From: Candidatus Staskawiczbacteria bacterium
GTDB lineage: Bacteria; Patescibacteriota; Minisyncoccia; Minisyncoccales; Staskawiczbacteraceae
Assembly: GCA_903854535.1 (NCBI GenBank)
Contig: CAINWR010000037.1
Coordinates: 1 to 44,707, forward strand
Direction: 5' to 3'
Length of the DNA stretch: 44,707 bases
The notes beneath the pieces were generated by a model, which was given only the letters and a program-made list of their open reading frames with translations, was not told the origin of the DNA and searched no databases. This document shows positions 1 to 7,860 of this stretch, one piece after another. A program made the translations under genes and the position numbers. How positions within the stretch are numbered: position 1 is the stretch's first letter; every line of letters starts with the position of its first letter.

Positions 1-44
1 ATAATAAATTAATAAAAAATAAATATTCGTAAAGTAAAAATCTT

Positions 45-818
45 ATGAAAAATATATTTATTAAAATTATTGCAGGATTAGCGTATTTTGCTATGGTTTA
101 TGTAAATTATTTGGCTAATGCTCTGCCAATTAATAATAGGGGAACTGGCGCAATATCAGATGCTTATCCCAATCTTTTTGCTCCAGCTGGAGTAACATTT
201 TCAATTTGGGGTTTAATTTATTTAATGCTTTTGATGTTTGTAGTTTATCAATTCACAAAACTAGGCAAGCAAAAAGAAGAACTTTTAAGAAAAGTTAATA
301 TTTTTTTTATAGCCACCTCTCTTGCTAATATTTCTTGGATTTTTTCTTGGCATTATGATTTTATTTGGCTTTCAGTAATTATTATGACAGCTTTGCTTGT
401 GCTTTTAATTAAGATAATAGATACTTTGAACAAAGAACAATTAAGCTTGCAAGAAAAAATATTTATTCAAACTCCTTTTAGTATTTATTTTGGCTGGATT
501 ACAGTAGCATGTATTGCAAATATTACAGTATTTTTGGTGAGCCTTGGCTGGAATGGATTTGGAATTGCTGATTTTATTTGGACAAGTATTGTTTTACTTG
601 TAGGGGCAATAATTGGAATTTTACGAATCAAAAGAGATAAAAATATTGCCTATGGCTTAGTACTTATTTGGGCTTATTTGGGTATATTGCTTAAGCATTT
701 ATCTACAAATGGCTTTAATGCTCAATACCCAAGCATTATTATTACAGTAATTATTTGTCTGATATTCTTTATCTTTTTTACAGGAAAATTATTAAACTTA
801 TCTACTAAAAAAAGTTAG
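45..818 (+). CDS. polytopic membrane protein, TspO/MBR-related (tentative)
   Basis: 257-aa ORF with several hydrophobic helices. The N-terminal motif NALPINNRGTGAISDAYPNLFAPAGVTFSIWGLIY is recalled from proteins annotated as tryptophan-rich sensory protein. Family assignment is from memory only. Confidence 0.5.
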   Translation: MKNIFIKIIAGLAYFAMVYVNYLANALPINNRGTGAISDAYPNLFAPAGVTFSIWGLIYLMLLMFVVYQFTKLGKQKEELLRKVNIFFIATSLANISWIFSWHYDFIWLSVIIMTALLVLLIKIIDTLNKEQLSLQEKIFIQTPFSIYFGWITVACIANITVFLVSLGWNGFGIADFIWTSIVLLVGAIIGILRIKRDKNIAYGLVLIWAYLGILLKHLSTNGFNAQYPSIIITVIICLIFFIFFTGKLLNLSTKKS

Positions 819-896
819 TCCCGCCGAAGTCTTGGCGAAGGGAGATAAATTAAAGTAATATAATTAAATTTTTCCACAGTAGCTGGTAAAAATATT

Positions 897-2357
897 ATGA
901 ATAAAATATTAAAAATAGTTCTTATAGGTTTATCTGTTGTTATAATTATTGCAATAATAGTTTTTATTATTTTATATTTTAATCAAAAACTAATTGCTAA
1001 TTTTGGTTTTGGCAAGCAATCTATATTAGAATCTGCCAAAAAGACTTTAGAATCTAAGGAATCTTATCAAGCAAATCTTATTATAGAAAATGAAGTTAGA
1101 AAAATTGAAACATCTGTTTTGTCAGAAAAGGACAGCTCTATTTTTGTAAAACAGAAAATTAATACTATTTTACCAAGCACAATTATTAGTTCTACTGTTG
1201 AAGGATACAACAATTCCAGTCAAGAAATAATTTCTATAGATGGTGATGTTTATATTAAAGATAATTATGATGGAAGTTATTATGTGCCATTAAAGGACGG
1301 CTTAGAATACAATGCTATTAAAGTAATTTCTTATTTTACGCCATTAAATGTAATAAAATTATTTTCAGATTATAAAAATGTGAAAATATCTATAGAAGAA
1401 AAAGATAATAATGAATATTTTTTACTTAGTTTAGAAAATTTACCAGAAAATTTTTTAGAAAGTTTAGGTTTTATACCAGAAGCTTCAACAAAATTTAAAA
1501 TTCAAGCATTTTTAGATGTTAAAAATTATGAAGTTCTAGATTTTTCTATTGAATTATCAAATGTAAAAGAAATCAAAAAAGTATCTGGTTCTTTTACAAA
1601 TTATGATAACAATGAAAATACGCAAATTTCTAAACCTTTAAAATTAAGTGAATTTGGAAGTTATACTCAAAGAGAAAGTGTATATATTAGAACAGAAAAA
1701 AATGGTTTATATGATAATTTGTGGAATTTATGGGAGAAGAAATATTTTGGTTGTGACCATTGTGTAAATAAATATTGGGATGAAGATAATGATGGCTTTT
1801 TAAATTTTGAAGAGTTTATTTTTGCTTCAAATCCTTTAATGAAAGATTCTAACTTAAATAGTACAGATGATAAAAAAGAACTTATATTAAACAAAAAACA
1901 CCCTTTAACAGGATATAGTATTTTAGATGAATATATAAAATCAATAACATCTTTAAACTCTTTTATGAATTCTTCTATTGTGCCATTGAGCGGAAGTGAG
2001 CAAAAAATAAATGGAGTTTATGTAAGAGACGCACTTTTATTACGAGAAAAGAAAAGTTTTTATATTCCAGGTAATGCAAAGTATCTAAATTTTGAGTATA
2101 AAAAATATGGTAAAGATAACAATAATTATATGACTGTATTTATTGATAACAAGTTAATATATCTTAATGATTTTGCAGGTGATAAAAATAGCGATGGAGA
2201 TTTAATTTTGGCCCACATACCAATTTCTGAATTTTCTGGGAAAAGTAGCAATCTTATGATTATATTAAATTCCGTAGGTCAAGCAGGAGGTGGTTTTGAC
2301 TTAAATTTAGAAAGCGTAAAATTTGGTTATAGTGATTATGATTACGGAGGTTATTAA
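897..2357 (+). CDS. hypothetical N-terminally membrane-anchored (secreted/surface) protein
   Basis: 486-aa ORF with one N-terminal hydrophobic helix (IVLIGLSVVIIIAIIVFIILYF) followed by a hydrophilic body. No family recognised. Confidence 0.6.
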   Translation: MNKILKIVLIGLSVVIIIAIIVFIILYFNQKLIANFGFGKQSILESAKKTLESKESYQANLIIENEVRKIETSVLSEKDSSIFVKQKINTILPSTIISSTVEGYNNSSQEIISIDGDVYIKDNYDGSYYVPLKDGLEYNAIKVISYFTPLNVIKLFSDYKNVKISIEEKDNNEYFLLSLENLPENFLESLGFIPEASTKFKIQAFLDVKNYEVLDFSIELSNVKEIKKVSGSFTNYDNNENTQISKPLKLSEFGSYTQRESVYIRTEKNGLYDNLWNLWEKKYFGCDHCVNKYWDEDNDGFLNFEEFIFASNPLMKDSNLNSTDDKKELILNKKHPLTGYSILDEYIKSITSLNSFMNSSIVPLSGSEQKINGVYVRDALLLREKKSFYIPGNAKYLNFEYKKYGKDNNNYMTVFIDNKLIYLNDFAGDKNSDGDLILAHIPISEFSGKSSNLMIILNSVGQAGGGFDLNLESVKFGYSDYDYGGY

Positions 2358-2369
2358 TTGTAAAAATCT

Positions 2370-3941
2370 ATGAAAAAAATTTATTTAATAATTATTATAA
2401 TATTGTCATTAATTTTAATATTGATGGCAATTTATTATTTGTTATTTTTAACCCCCACTTTAAAGCAAGTAAATCAAATACCTGAATTAAAAGATCAAAA
2501 GCAGGAAGTACTGGTTCAAGCAGAAGAAAACTTTGCTAAAACAATAAAAATAGAAGAAGACAAATATGCTTTTTACTTATCTTTGGATAATTGCAAACAT
2601 TCTACTGTAGGTAATAGTGCATGTGAGCCAGTAAAGAACAAAATTAGCATAAGAGATTTAAAATCATCCCAGCTTATTCAGGAAATAAATTTGCAAGATA
2701 TTAATTCTGATTTTTATTCTTTTGAAAAATTTCCTAAATTAGTTTATGAAGATTTTAATCTTGATAATCAAAAAGATTTTGCAGTAATGTATAAATATGA
2801 TAGCAATAATTTAGCTTATTATGATGTTTATACTTTTGATGCGGGCTCTAATAAATTTAAAATAAACCAAGAGTTATCTAATATAATTTCTGGACATTTA
2901 AGTTTTTCTGTAACAAGCTTTGGCTCTTCGCGTATTTTTGTACCAAGTTTTAAAATAGATTATAAAGTTATAAAAACTTTTGATAAAAATGATTCAATAG
3001 ACATTGAAACAAGATATGATTTTTTCAATGGCCTGCCAAGAAAAATTTATCAAATAAAAATAGAAAGCCTACAAACATTTAAAAAAATAACAGAAGGAAC
3101 TTTACTTGCCAATACATGGTCAGAACAAACAATGGCCGAGCCAAAAGATGGCACTTCTCTTAAAGAAATTTATACAAATGTATTTTATAATTTTCAAACT
3201 TTGTTTCCTGATAGGACCTTTTATTTAGATGAGTACGATTACGCAGCCAATAGACAAAATCCAAAAAATCCAAAGCTAAAATCAATAGATGGAAAAGCTA
3301 CTATATATTTAGAAAATTATGGCAGTGATTTTCCTGATAGAGTTGTAGAGCAATTTGTGAAAGACAATCAAGATGTAATTGGCCCAGAAAATATAAGACA
3401 TAGTCAATATTCTTATGGCCATATATATAAAGTATCTTATGTAAACTCTTTTTTTTATCGCAATATATATTTTTTCCCAAATTTTGGTTTGGTTTTTGAT
3501 TACAAAGATGCTTCTTCCAAAGAATCTTACAAAGCAATAGAAGAGAGTATTGTTAAATATTCCAGTCCAATGAAAACTTTGCTTACAGCAAAAGAACCGG
3601 TAAAAGTTATTTTGCCAAAATTAGGAAGTGTTTTGAAAGTTGGAGGTCTTTACGACATAACATGGGAAGCTTCAAATACTTTAAGTTCTGCAACAGTTCA
3701 AATCAATCTTATTTTTAATCACAATTATAATGAAAATTCTGCTTATAGCCAAGAATCATGTATAATGGATTCTGCGCATTTTACAAAAAATACTGGGAAA
3801 TATTCATGGACAGTACCAAGTGAGTGTGAAGGAGTTAAGCTTGGGGGAGACAATGATTATAATATTCGTATATTTGTGGTAGATTGGTCTACTCAAAAAC
3901 CTTTTTCAAGTGATAGTGATAAGTTCTATATAACCCCATAA
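2370..3941 (+). CDS. hypothetical N-terminally membrane-anchored protein
   Basis: 523-aa ORF starting 13 nt after the previous stop. It has an N-terminal helix (IYLIIIIILSLILILMAIYYLLF). No family recognised. Confidence 0.6.
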   Translation: MKKIYLIIIIILSLILILMAIYYLLFLTPTLKQVNQIPELKDQKQEVLVQAEENFAKTIKIEEDKYAFYLSLDNCKHSTVGNSACEPVKNKISIRDLKSSQLIQEINLQDINSDFYSFEKFPKLVYEDFNLDNQKDFAVMYKYDSNNLAYYDVYTFDAGSNKFKINQELSNIISGHLSFSVTSFGSSRIFVPSFKIDYKVIKTFDKNDSIDIETRYDFFNGLPRKIYQIKIESLQTFKKITEGTLLANTWSEQTMAEPKDGTSLKEIYTNVFYNFQTLFPDRTFYLDEYDYAANRQNPKNPKLKSIDGKATIYLENYGSDFPDRVVEQFVKDNQDVIGPENIRHSQYSYGHIYKVSYVNSFFYRNIYFFPNFGLVFDYKDASSKESYKAIEESIVKYSSPMKTLLTAKEPVKVILPKLGSVLKVGGLYDITWEASNTLSSATVQINLIFNHNYNENSAYSQESCIMDSAHFTKNTGKYSWTVPSECEGVKLGGDNDYNIRIFVVDWSTQKPFSSDSDKFYITP

Positions 3942-3970
3942 TAGTGGTCTATTGTTTATAAAAAATCATC

Positions 3971-4006
3971 AGCTTAACGATAAACTTCGTTGAGCTATTT
4001 GTTTTA
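3971..4006 (+). terminator. intrinsic terminator after 2370..3941
   Basis: agcttaacga / tcgttgagct form a 10-bp stem (one G:U) with a 6-nt loop, followed by a T-rich tail. Confidence 0.55.
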
Positions 4007-4011
4007 CGCTT

Positions 4012-4040
4012 TTGACTTTATATTAAAAAAATTATATATT
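4012..4040 (+). promoter_or_regulatory. sigma70-like promoter of the candidate sRNA
   Basis: TTGACT at 4012-4017, a 17-nt spacer, then TATATT at 4035-4040. Confidence 0.4.
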
Positions 4041-4046
4041 TAAAAT

Positions 4047-4195
4047 AGCTTTTGGCACCGTCAATCGGCGGTGGTTCGTGCGAGTTTTTTTGGCAATTGC
4101 TCTTGAGCATAGCCATAAACTCGCGTCTTACGCGACCCTGTAACCATCAATCAAAGTCCAACGACCGAGATTTGATGCCCAGGGTCGTTTTTTTT
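4047..4195 (+). ncRNA. candidate ~150-nt structured RNA of unknown class
   Basis: G+C-rich non-coding stretch between a promoter-like site and a T8 run. Nested complementary segments: caccg/cggtg, gcgagttt/aaactcgc, cgcg/cgcg, and cgaccctg (4133-4140)/cagggtcg (4180-4187). The alternative pairing acgacc/ggtcgt could compete with the last stem. No SD or credible ORF. Confidence 0.35.
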
Positions 4196-4362
4196 GTATT
4201 TAAACATATTGAACTTACGCCCCAAAAGATACTTTTCTCGCCGACTCGCCTCGCTCTCGCCTCGTGACAAAGCTACGCTTCGCAGTCGAAGCGGGAGCTC
4301 ACAAGCAAAAGGGGATAAATTAAAGTAAATGTATAAAATATCAACATTTATTGTTTAATATA

Positions 4363-4390
4363 TTGACATACAAATTAAAAGGTATATAAT
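4363..4390 (+). promoter_or_regulatory. sigma70-like promoter, possibly giving a leaderless mRNA for 4397..5071
   Basis: TTGACA at 4363-4368, a 16-nt spacer, then TATAAT at 4385-4390. The ATG lies 7 nt after the -10 element. Confidence 0.5.
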
Positions 4391-4396
4391 TAATAT

Positions 4397-5071
4397 ATGA
4401 CTAATAATTACTACAAATTTATAAAGGAATTGAGAATAAAAAAAGGCTTATCGCAGGCTAATGTAGCCAAGGAATTGGGAATTTCTCGTTCTTCTTATAT
4501 TAGTATAGAACAGGGCAAGAAAGATATTACTTTGGGTGAGCTTGATAAATTATCTCTTGTTTTGGGGGTTTCATTTGAAGAATTGAAAAACCAAGAAATG
4601 CCAAATTATGCAAAGTATAAGCAAATGATTTTAGCTTTTTTGCGTAGTGGCGGAGTAATTCCTAAAACCAAACTTGCAAAACTTTTGTATTTTGCTGATT
4701 TCGGCTGGTTTTATTATAATTTAAAAAGTATGAGTGGTATGAAGTATCGCAAAATGCAGTATGGTCCTGTTTCAGATGTGTGCTTTAGTATTATTGACGA
4801 AATGTTTGAGAAAGGGGAAATTGACATTGACCAAACCAAAGACGGTGCAATGCTTATCTCGCAAACCCGAAGCGGAGCCATGATTCCTTTGTCAGAAATT
4901 AGCAAAAAAGAAGAAGAGCTTATAAAAAATATTGAGAAAAAGTGGAAAAATAAAAAAACTAATGAAATTGTAGATTTTACCCACAAGCAATTTCCATATT
5001 TGTACGCCAAGGAAAATGAAATTGTTTCTTATGGGCTTTTTACCCAAGAAGACCCAGATGAAATATATTAA
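4397..5071 (+). CDS. HTH (XRE-family) plus Panacea/SocA-like (DUF4065) domain antitoxin
   Basis: The N-terminus LRIKKGLSQANVAKELGISRSSYISIEQGKKDITLGEL is a typical XRE helix-turn-helix. The C-terminal part KLAKLLYFADFGWFYYNLKSMSGMKYRKMQYGPV matches the remembered Panacea/DUF4065 core. Confidence 0.7.
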   Translation: MTNNYYKFIKELRIKKGLSQANVAKELGISRSSYISIEQGKKDITLGELDKLSLVLGVSFEELKNQEMPNYAKYKQMILAFLRSGGVIPKTKLAKLLYFADFGWFYYNLKSMSGMKYRKMQYGPVSDVCFSIIDEMFEKGEIDIDQTKDGAMLISQTRSGAMIPLSEISKKEEELIKNIEKKWKNKKTNEIVDFTHKQFPYLYAKENEIVSYGLFTQEDPDEIY

Positions 5072-5453
5072 ATATCAAGTAATTTTTGAGCATTTTGTAG
5101 AAAGGCATTTCATAAAATTTTTTGCCAAAAAGTATAAAGGTGCTTGGGATTTTACTTATAGTCTTTTACGAGAGGAATTTGAACAAATAGATTTATTGTT
5201 CTTGAAAAGTATTGCCGAAGAAATTAATCATTGTAGAGATATTAAAATTTGTAAAACAGAATTTAAAATTGCAGGAACCAATCAGTCGCGCCATGGTTCG
5301 GGAAATCGTTGCATTGTAGCAGTTCATAAAGATACTTGCACTGTAAATGTGCTTTTAGTTTATCATAAAAATGATTTGGGAAATGGCAATGAAACTTCAA
5401 CATGGAAACAAATAATTAAAGACAATTATCCCGAATATTGCGAATTATTATAG
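5058..5453 (+). CDS. putative cognate toxin (family unassigned; RelE/ParE-like beta-strand pattern, tentative)
   Basis: The in-frame ATG at 5058 overlaps the antitoxin stop by 14 nt, a typical TA coupling. The ORF encodes 131 aa, and the C-terminal RCIVAVHKDTCTVNVLLVYHKND resembles the RelE-fold strand pattern. Confidence 0.45.
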   Translation: MKYIKYQVIFEHFVERHFIKFFAKKYKGAWDFTYSLLREEFEQIDLLFLKSIAEEINHCRDIKICKTEFKIAGTNQSRHGSGNRCIVAVHKDTCTVNVLLVYHKNDLGNGNETSTWKQIIKDNYPEYCELL

Positions 5454-5461
5454 AAAAAAAT

Positions 5462-5641
5462 ATGAAAAAAAATACTAAAAAAGAAATTTATTTTAGATGC
5501 ATTCATTGTAAGGACGAGATTTTTTGGAATACTCAAAAAAGAATGACATATTGTAAATGTGGCAAAATTGCGATAGATGGGTGCGAGGATTATGTTAGAA
5601 TTATTGGAGATGAAAAAGATTGCAAAGAAATCAAAAAATAA
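5462..5641 (+). CDS. small zinc-ribbon protein
   Basis: ATG at 5462 (the track's 5438 start is TTG). It has CxxC (CIHCKDE) and CxC (CKCG) pairs. Confidence 0.45.
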   Translation: MKKNTKKEIYFRCIHCKDEIFWNTQKRMTYCKCGKIAIDGCEDYVRIIGDEKDCKEIKK

Positions 5642-5693
5642 TTATTGAATTTGTCCCCTAAAGATTTAAATTTAGGTAATTAGTTAAAAAAAT

Positions 5694-6173
5694 ATGGAAA
5701 ATAATTTTGCATTTATTGACGGACAAAATTTAAACCTAGGCATAAAAAGTTTGGGGTGGAAATTAGACTACTCTCGTTTTAGAAAATATCTCTTAGAAAA
5801 ATATTCTATCACTACAGCATATTATTTTGTTGGTTATGTTGCTGGTAATCAGCCACTATATTCTGAATTGCAAAAAGCAGGTTATATTTTAGTTTTTAAG
5901 CCAACTATTCCTGATGGCGACGGAAATATAAAGGGCAATATTGATGCAGATTTAGTTTTGCAAGCAATGATTGATTTTCCAAATTATGATAAAGCAATTA
6001 TAGCAACTAGCGATGGTGATTTTTATTCGCTTGTAAAATATCTTTATAAAAACAAAAAGCTCTGTTTCGTGATGAGCCCTTATGTAAAAACTTGTTCTAG
6101 TTTACTAAAAATAGAAGCAAAAGAGAGAATAGTGTTTATGGATAATTTAAGAAATAAGCTTGAGTATAAATGA
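5694..6173 (+). CDS. NYN/LabA-like (PIN-related) domain protein, putative RNase
   Basis: FAFIDGQNLNLG ... GNIDADLVLQAM ... ATSDGDFYSLVKYL gives the NYN-domain acidic-residue pattern. Confidence 0.65.
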   Translation: MENNFAFIDGQNLNLGIKSLGWKLDYSRFRKYLLEKYSITTAYYFVGYVAGNQPLYSELQKAGYILVFKPTIPDGDGNIKGNIDADLVLQAMIDFPNYDKAIIATSDGDFYSLVKYLYKNKKLCFVMSPYVKTCSSLLKIEAKERIVFMDNLRNKLEYK

Positions 6174-6272
6174 AAAAGCACCGCCAGAGGACGAAACCTC
6201 AAGAAGTGCCTTTTCCTATGTATAATTAATCTTATCATAAATTGCCACTGTGTCAATAGCACGGTTTTTTGC

Positions 6273-6300
6273 TATTCGCTCACACAGGTGTGAGCGAATA
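6273..6300. repeat. perfect 13-bp inverted repeat with a 2-nt spacer
   Basis: tattcgctcacac ag gtgtgagcgaata. This could be an operator or a hairpin. It lies about 115 nt upstream of the 6415 promoter. Confidence 0.6.
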
Positions 6301-6357
6301 AGAATCAGGTTAACAAGCATTAACCTAACCAAAAGTCATTCTAACGTATGTTAACCT

Positions 6358-6384
6358 GTCTCGCCGATAGGCGGGGATAAACCG
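6358..6384 (+). repeat. solitary type I-E CRISPR-repeat-like unit (not an array)
   Basis: gtctcgcc gata ggcgggg ataaaccg is a stem-loop followed by ATAAACCG. The 14 nt GCGGGGATAAACCG equal the 3' part of the E. coli I-E repeat as I recall it. There is only one copy and no cas genes in the window. Confidence 0.3.
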
Positions 6385-6414
6385 TGATGAGCGGTTTTTG
6401 AGTGGGTAAAAGTA

Positions 6415-6442
6415 TTGACAATAATTTATAATATGGTATAAT
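6415..6442 (+). promoter_or_regulatory. strong sigma70-like promoter with extended -10
   Basis: TTGACA at 6415-6420, a 16-nt spacer, then TGgTATAAT with the -10 at 6437-6442. Confidence 0.55.
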
Positions 6443-6494
6443 TAATATATTATGACTTTCAGGTTTTTCTGCCACTTTTTTAAGGAGTACTACG

Positions 6495-6749
6495 ATGTAC
6501 GGAGATTTCCCTCCGGCCCAGAACTGTCGTGCGGAGCAAGTGTTGGTCGTTGAAGATGACGACCTCAATCCGCAGGATGTGATTGACGGCGCCTACGACG
6601 TGGGCGCGGTCACCTGTAATGGCGAGGACGAAGTGTTTTGGGTCGTTTTTGCTGAAGAGCCCAGACGTGTTTGGGACTTTACTGAACGGTCCCTTCGGCA
6701 CGAGATCCAAAAGAGGGCACGGGCTTCGGCCGGCGTTCCAAAGACCTAG
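6495..6749 (+). CDS. G+C-rich small protein, family shared with 18036..18284
   Basis: AAGGAG lies 7 nt upstream of the ATG. The 84-aa product aligns without gaps to the 82-aa product of 18036..18284 (VLVvEdDDL..VI..A...GAvT..G..EvFWvvF.eE). Confidence 0.65.
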   Translation: MYGDFPPAQNCRAEQVLVVEDDDLNPQDVIDGAYDVGAVTCNGEDEVFWVVFAEEPRRVWDFTERSLRHEIQKRARASAGVPKT

Positions 6750-6860
6750 TATCGAACAGAAGCCAACGAGTTGGGGTCAAAACCAAAATGGTCCCGTAGA
6801 GTTGCTATGAAAACAGCACTCCCGGCCAATAAAGGGCAACCTTGCAGCTTCGAGGCTCAG

Positions 6861-6906
6861 ACCTGTTGCGTCGACTGATGAATAGTCGGCGCAACAGGTT
6901 TTTTTA
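6861..6906 (+). terminator. strong intrinsic terminator
   Basis: acctgttgcgtcgac / gtcggcgcaacaggt form a 15-bp stem (one G:U) with a 9-nt loop, followed by a T7 run. Confidence 0.8.
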
Positions 6907-6963
6907 TTTACAAATTTTTGATATAATGAATTTGAAAATAGAAATTAATTGATATATAAAACT

Positions 6964-7332
6964 ATGACTAAAAAACAAATTATTTTAAATAATATTTTCT
7001 GGGGGTTTATTTTGTGGTTGTTTGGCTATATTTTGGGGATTGTGTTTTTTGCTTTTGTGCCAAAAGATCAGATTGGCTTTTATATTTTGCCTTTTGGAAC
7101 AGCTTTAACTTTGTGGGTGCTTTTGAAAAAGATCAAAAGAGAAGAGTTTTTATGCTATATCGGCGTGGGCATGTTTTGGACTTTGATCGCCGTTATTTTA
7201 GACTATCTTTTCATCGTCAAACTTTTCAAATCTGCCGATTATTACAAACCAGATGTCTATCTTTACTACGCTTTAACTTTTGTTTTGCCTATTTTAGTTG
7301 GATGGTATAAGTTTAAAGGCAAAAAAGTTTAA
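6964..7332 (+). CDS. small 4-TM membrane protein, paralog of 17130..17498
   Basis: ATG at 6964 (the track's 6949 start is TTG). It shares FWGFILWL...TLWVLLKKI.REE...LDY.F.VKLF...YY....YLYYA.TF.LPILVGWYK with 17130..17498. Confidence 0.75.
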   Translation: MTKKQIILNNIFWGFILWLFGYILGIVFFAFVPKDQIGFYILPFGTALTLWVLLKKIKREEFLCYIGVGMFWTLIAVILDYLFIVKLFKSADYYKPDVYLYYALTFVLPILVGWYKFKGKKV

Positions 7333-7388
7333 AGTTATTTGCTAATTTTTCAAATTCAATATGATAAAATTAGATAAGAAATAATTTT

Positions 7389-7841
7389 ATGAAAATTTTA
7401 ATTGTTTATTATTCAAGAAGTGGGCACTGCAGGAAAGTAGCAGAAGTTTTACATGAAAAACTTGGTTGCGATTTAGAGGAAATAAAAACTAAAAAAAATT
7501 ACCAAGGAGCTGTGGGTTGGATTTTGGCAGGTAAAGAGGGCAGTCAAAAAGTGTCTGCAGAAATTATGGCAACAGAAAAAAACCCAAAAGAATATGAAAT
7601 GGTTATTTTTGGTACACCTATTTGGGGGTGGAATATTTCAAGCCCCTTAAGATCTTATTTGGAGAAAAATAAAAATGAATTTAATAAAATTTCGGCTTTT
7701 TGCACAATGGGCGGGCAGTTTGGAAAATGTTTTGATGAGATTGAATTGATTTGCAAAAAAAATTTGGAAACAAAAGTGGCATTTACAGATAAAGAAATTG
7801 CCCAGGGTAAATTGGATGCACTTGATAATTTTTTAAAATAA
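7389..7841 (+). CDS. flavodoxin-like fold protein
   Basis: MKILIVYYSRSGHCRKVAE ... VIFGTPIWGWNIS gives the flavodoxin-family pattern. Confidence 0.55.
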   Translation: MKILIVYYSRSGHCRKVAEVLHEKLGCDLEEIKTKKNYQGAVGWILAGKEGSQKVSAEIMATEKNPKEYEMVIFGTPIWGWNISSPLRSYLEKNKNEFNKISAFCTMGGQFGKCFDEIELICKKNLETKVAFTDKEIAQGKLDALDNFLK

Positions 7842-7860
7842 AAATTAATTAAGAAAAAAT

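Noticed and set aside
1667-1894. Antisense ORFs inside AT-rich genes (for example 1667..1894, 3301..3537, 4714..5010, 9087..9395, 10182..10484, 12747..13028, 14299..14574, 34796..35062, 37169..37456, 39425..39712)
   Set aside because: Each lies fully within a longer, family-supported or better-supported CDS on the other strand and encodes low-complexity sequence.
4052-4267. 71-aa ORF in the island at 4047-4300
   Set aside because: It has a TTG start without an SD and reads through a strong hairpin plus T8 terminator. The region is better explained as a structured RNA.
6358-6384. CRISPR array
   Set aside because: There is only one repeat-like unit, with no regularly spaced copies and no cas genes in the window. 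It is kept only as a solitary repeat-like motif.
6341-6810. Overlapping ORFs in the G+C-rich island (6341..6568 -, 6480..6710 -, 6583..6810 +)
   Set aside because: G+C-rich DNA gives long open frames in several phases. None of these has an SD, and they overlap 6495..6749, which has AAGGAG at the right distance and a paralog at 18036..18284.
6875-6881. Hammerhead ribozyme core (CTGATGA)
   Set aside because: The heptamer sits in the loop of a 15-bp terminator stem. No stem II/GAAA/stem III arrangement follows.
7014-7310. 98-aa ORF overlapping 6964..7332 in another frame
   Set aside because: The 6964 frame encodes a membrane protein with a close paralog at 17130..17498. The overlapping frame has no support.
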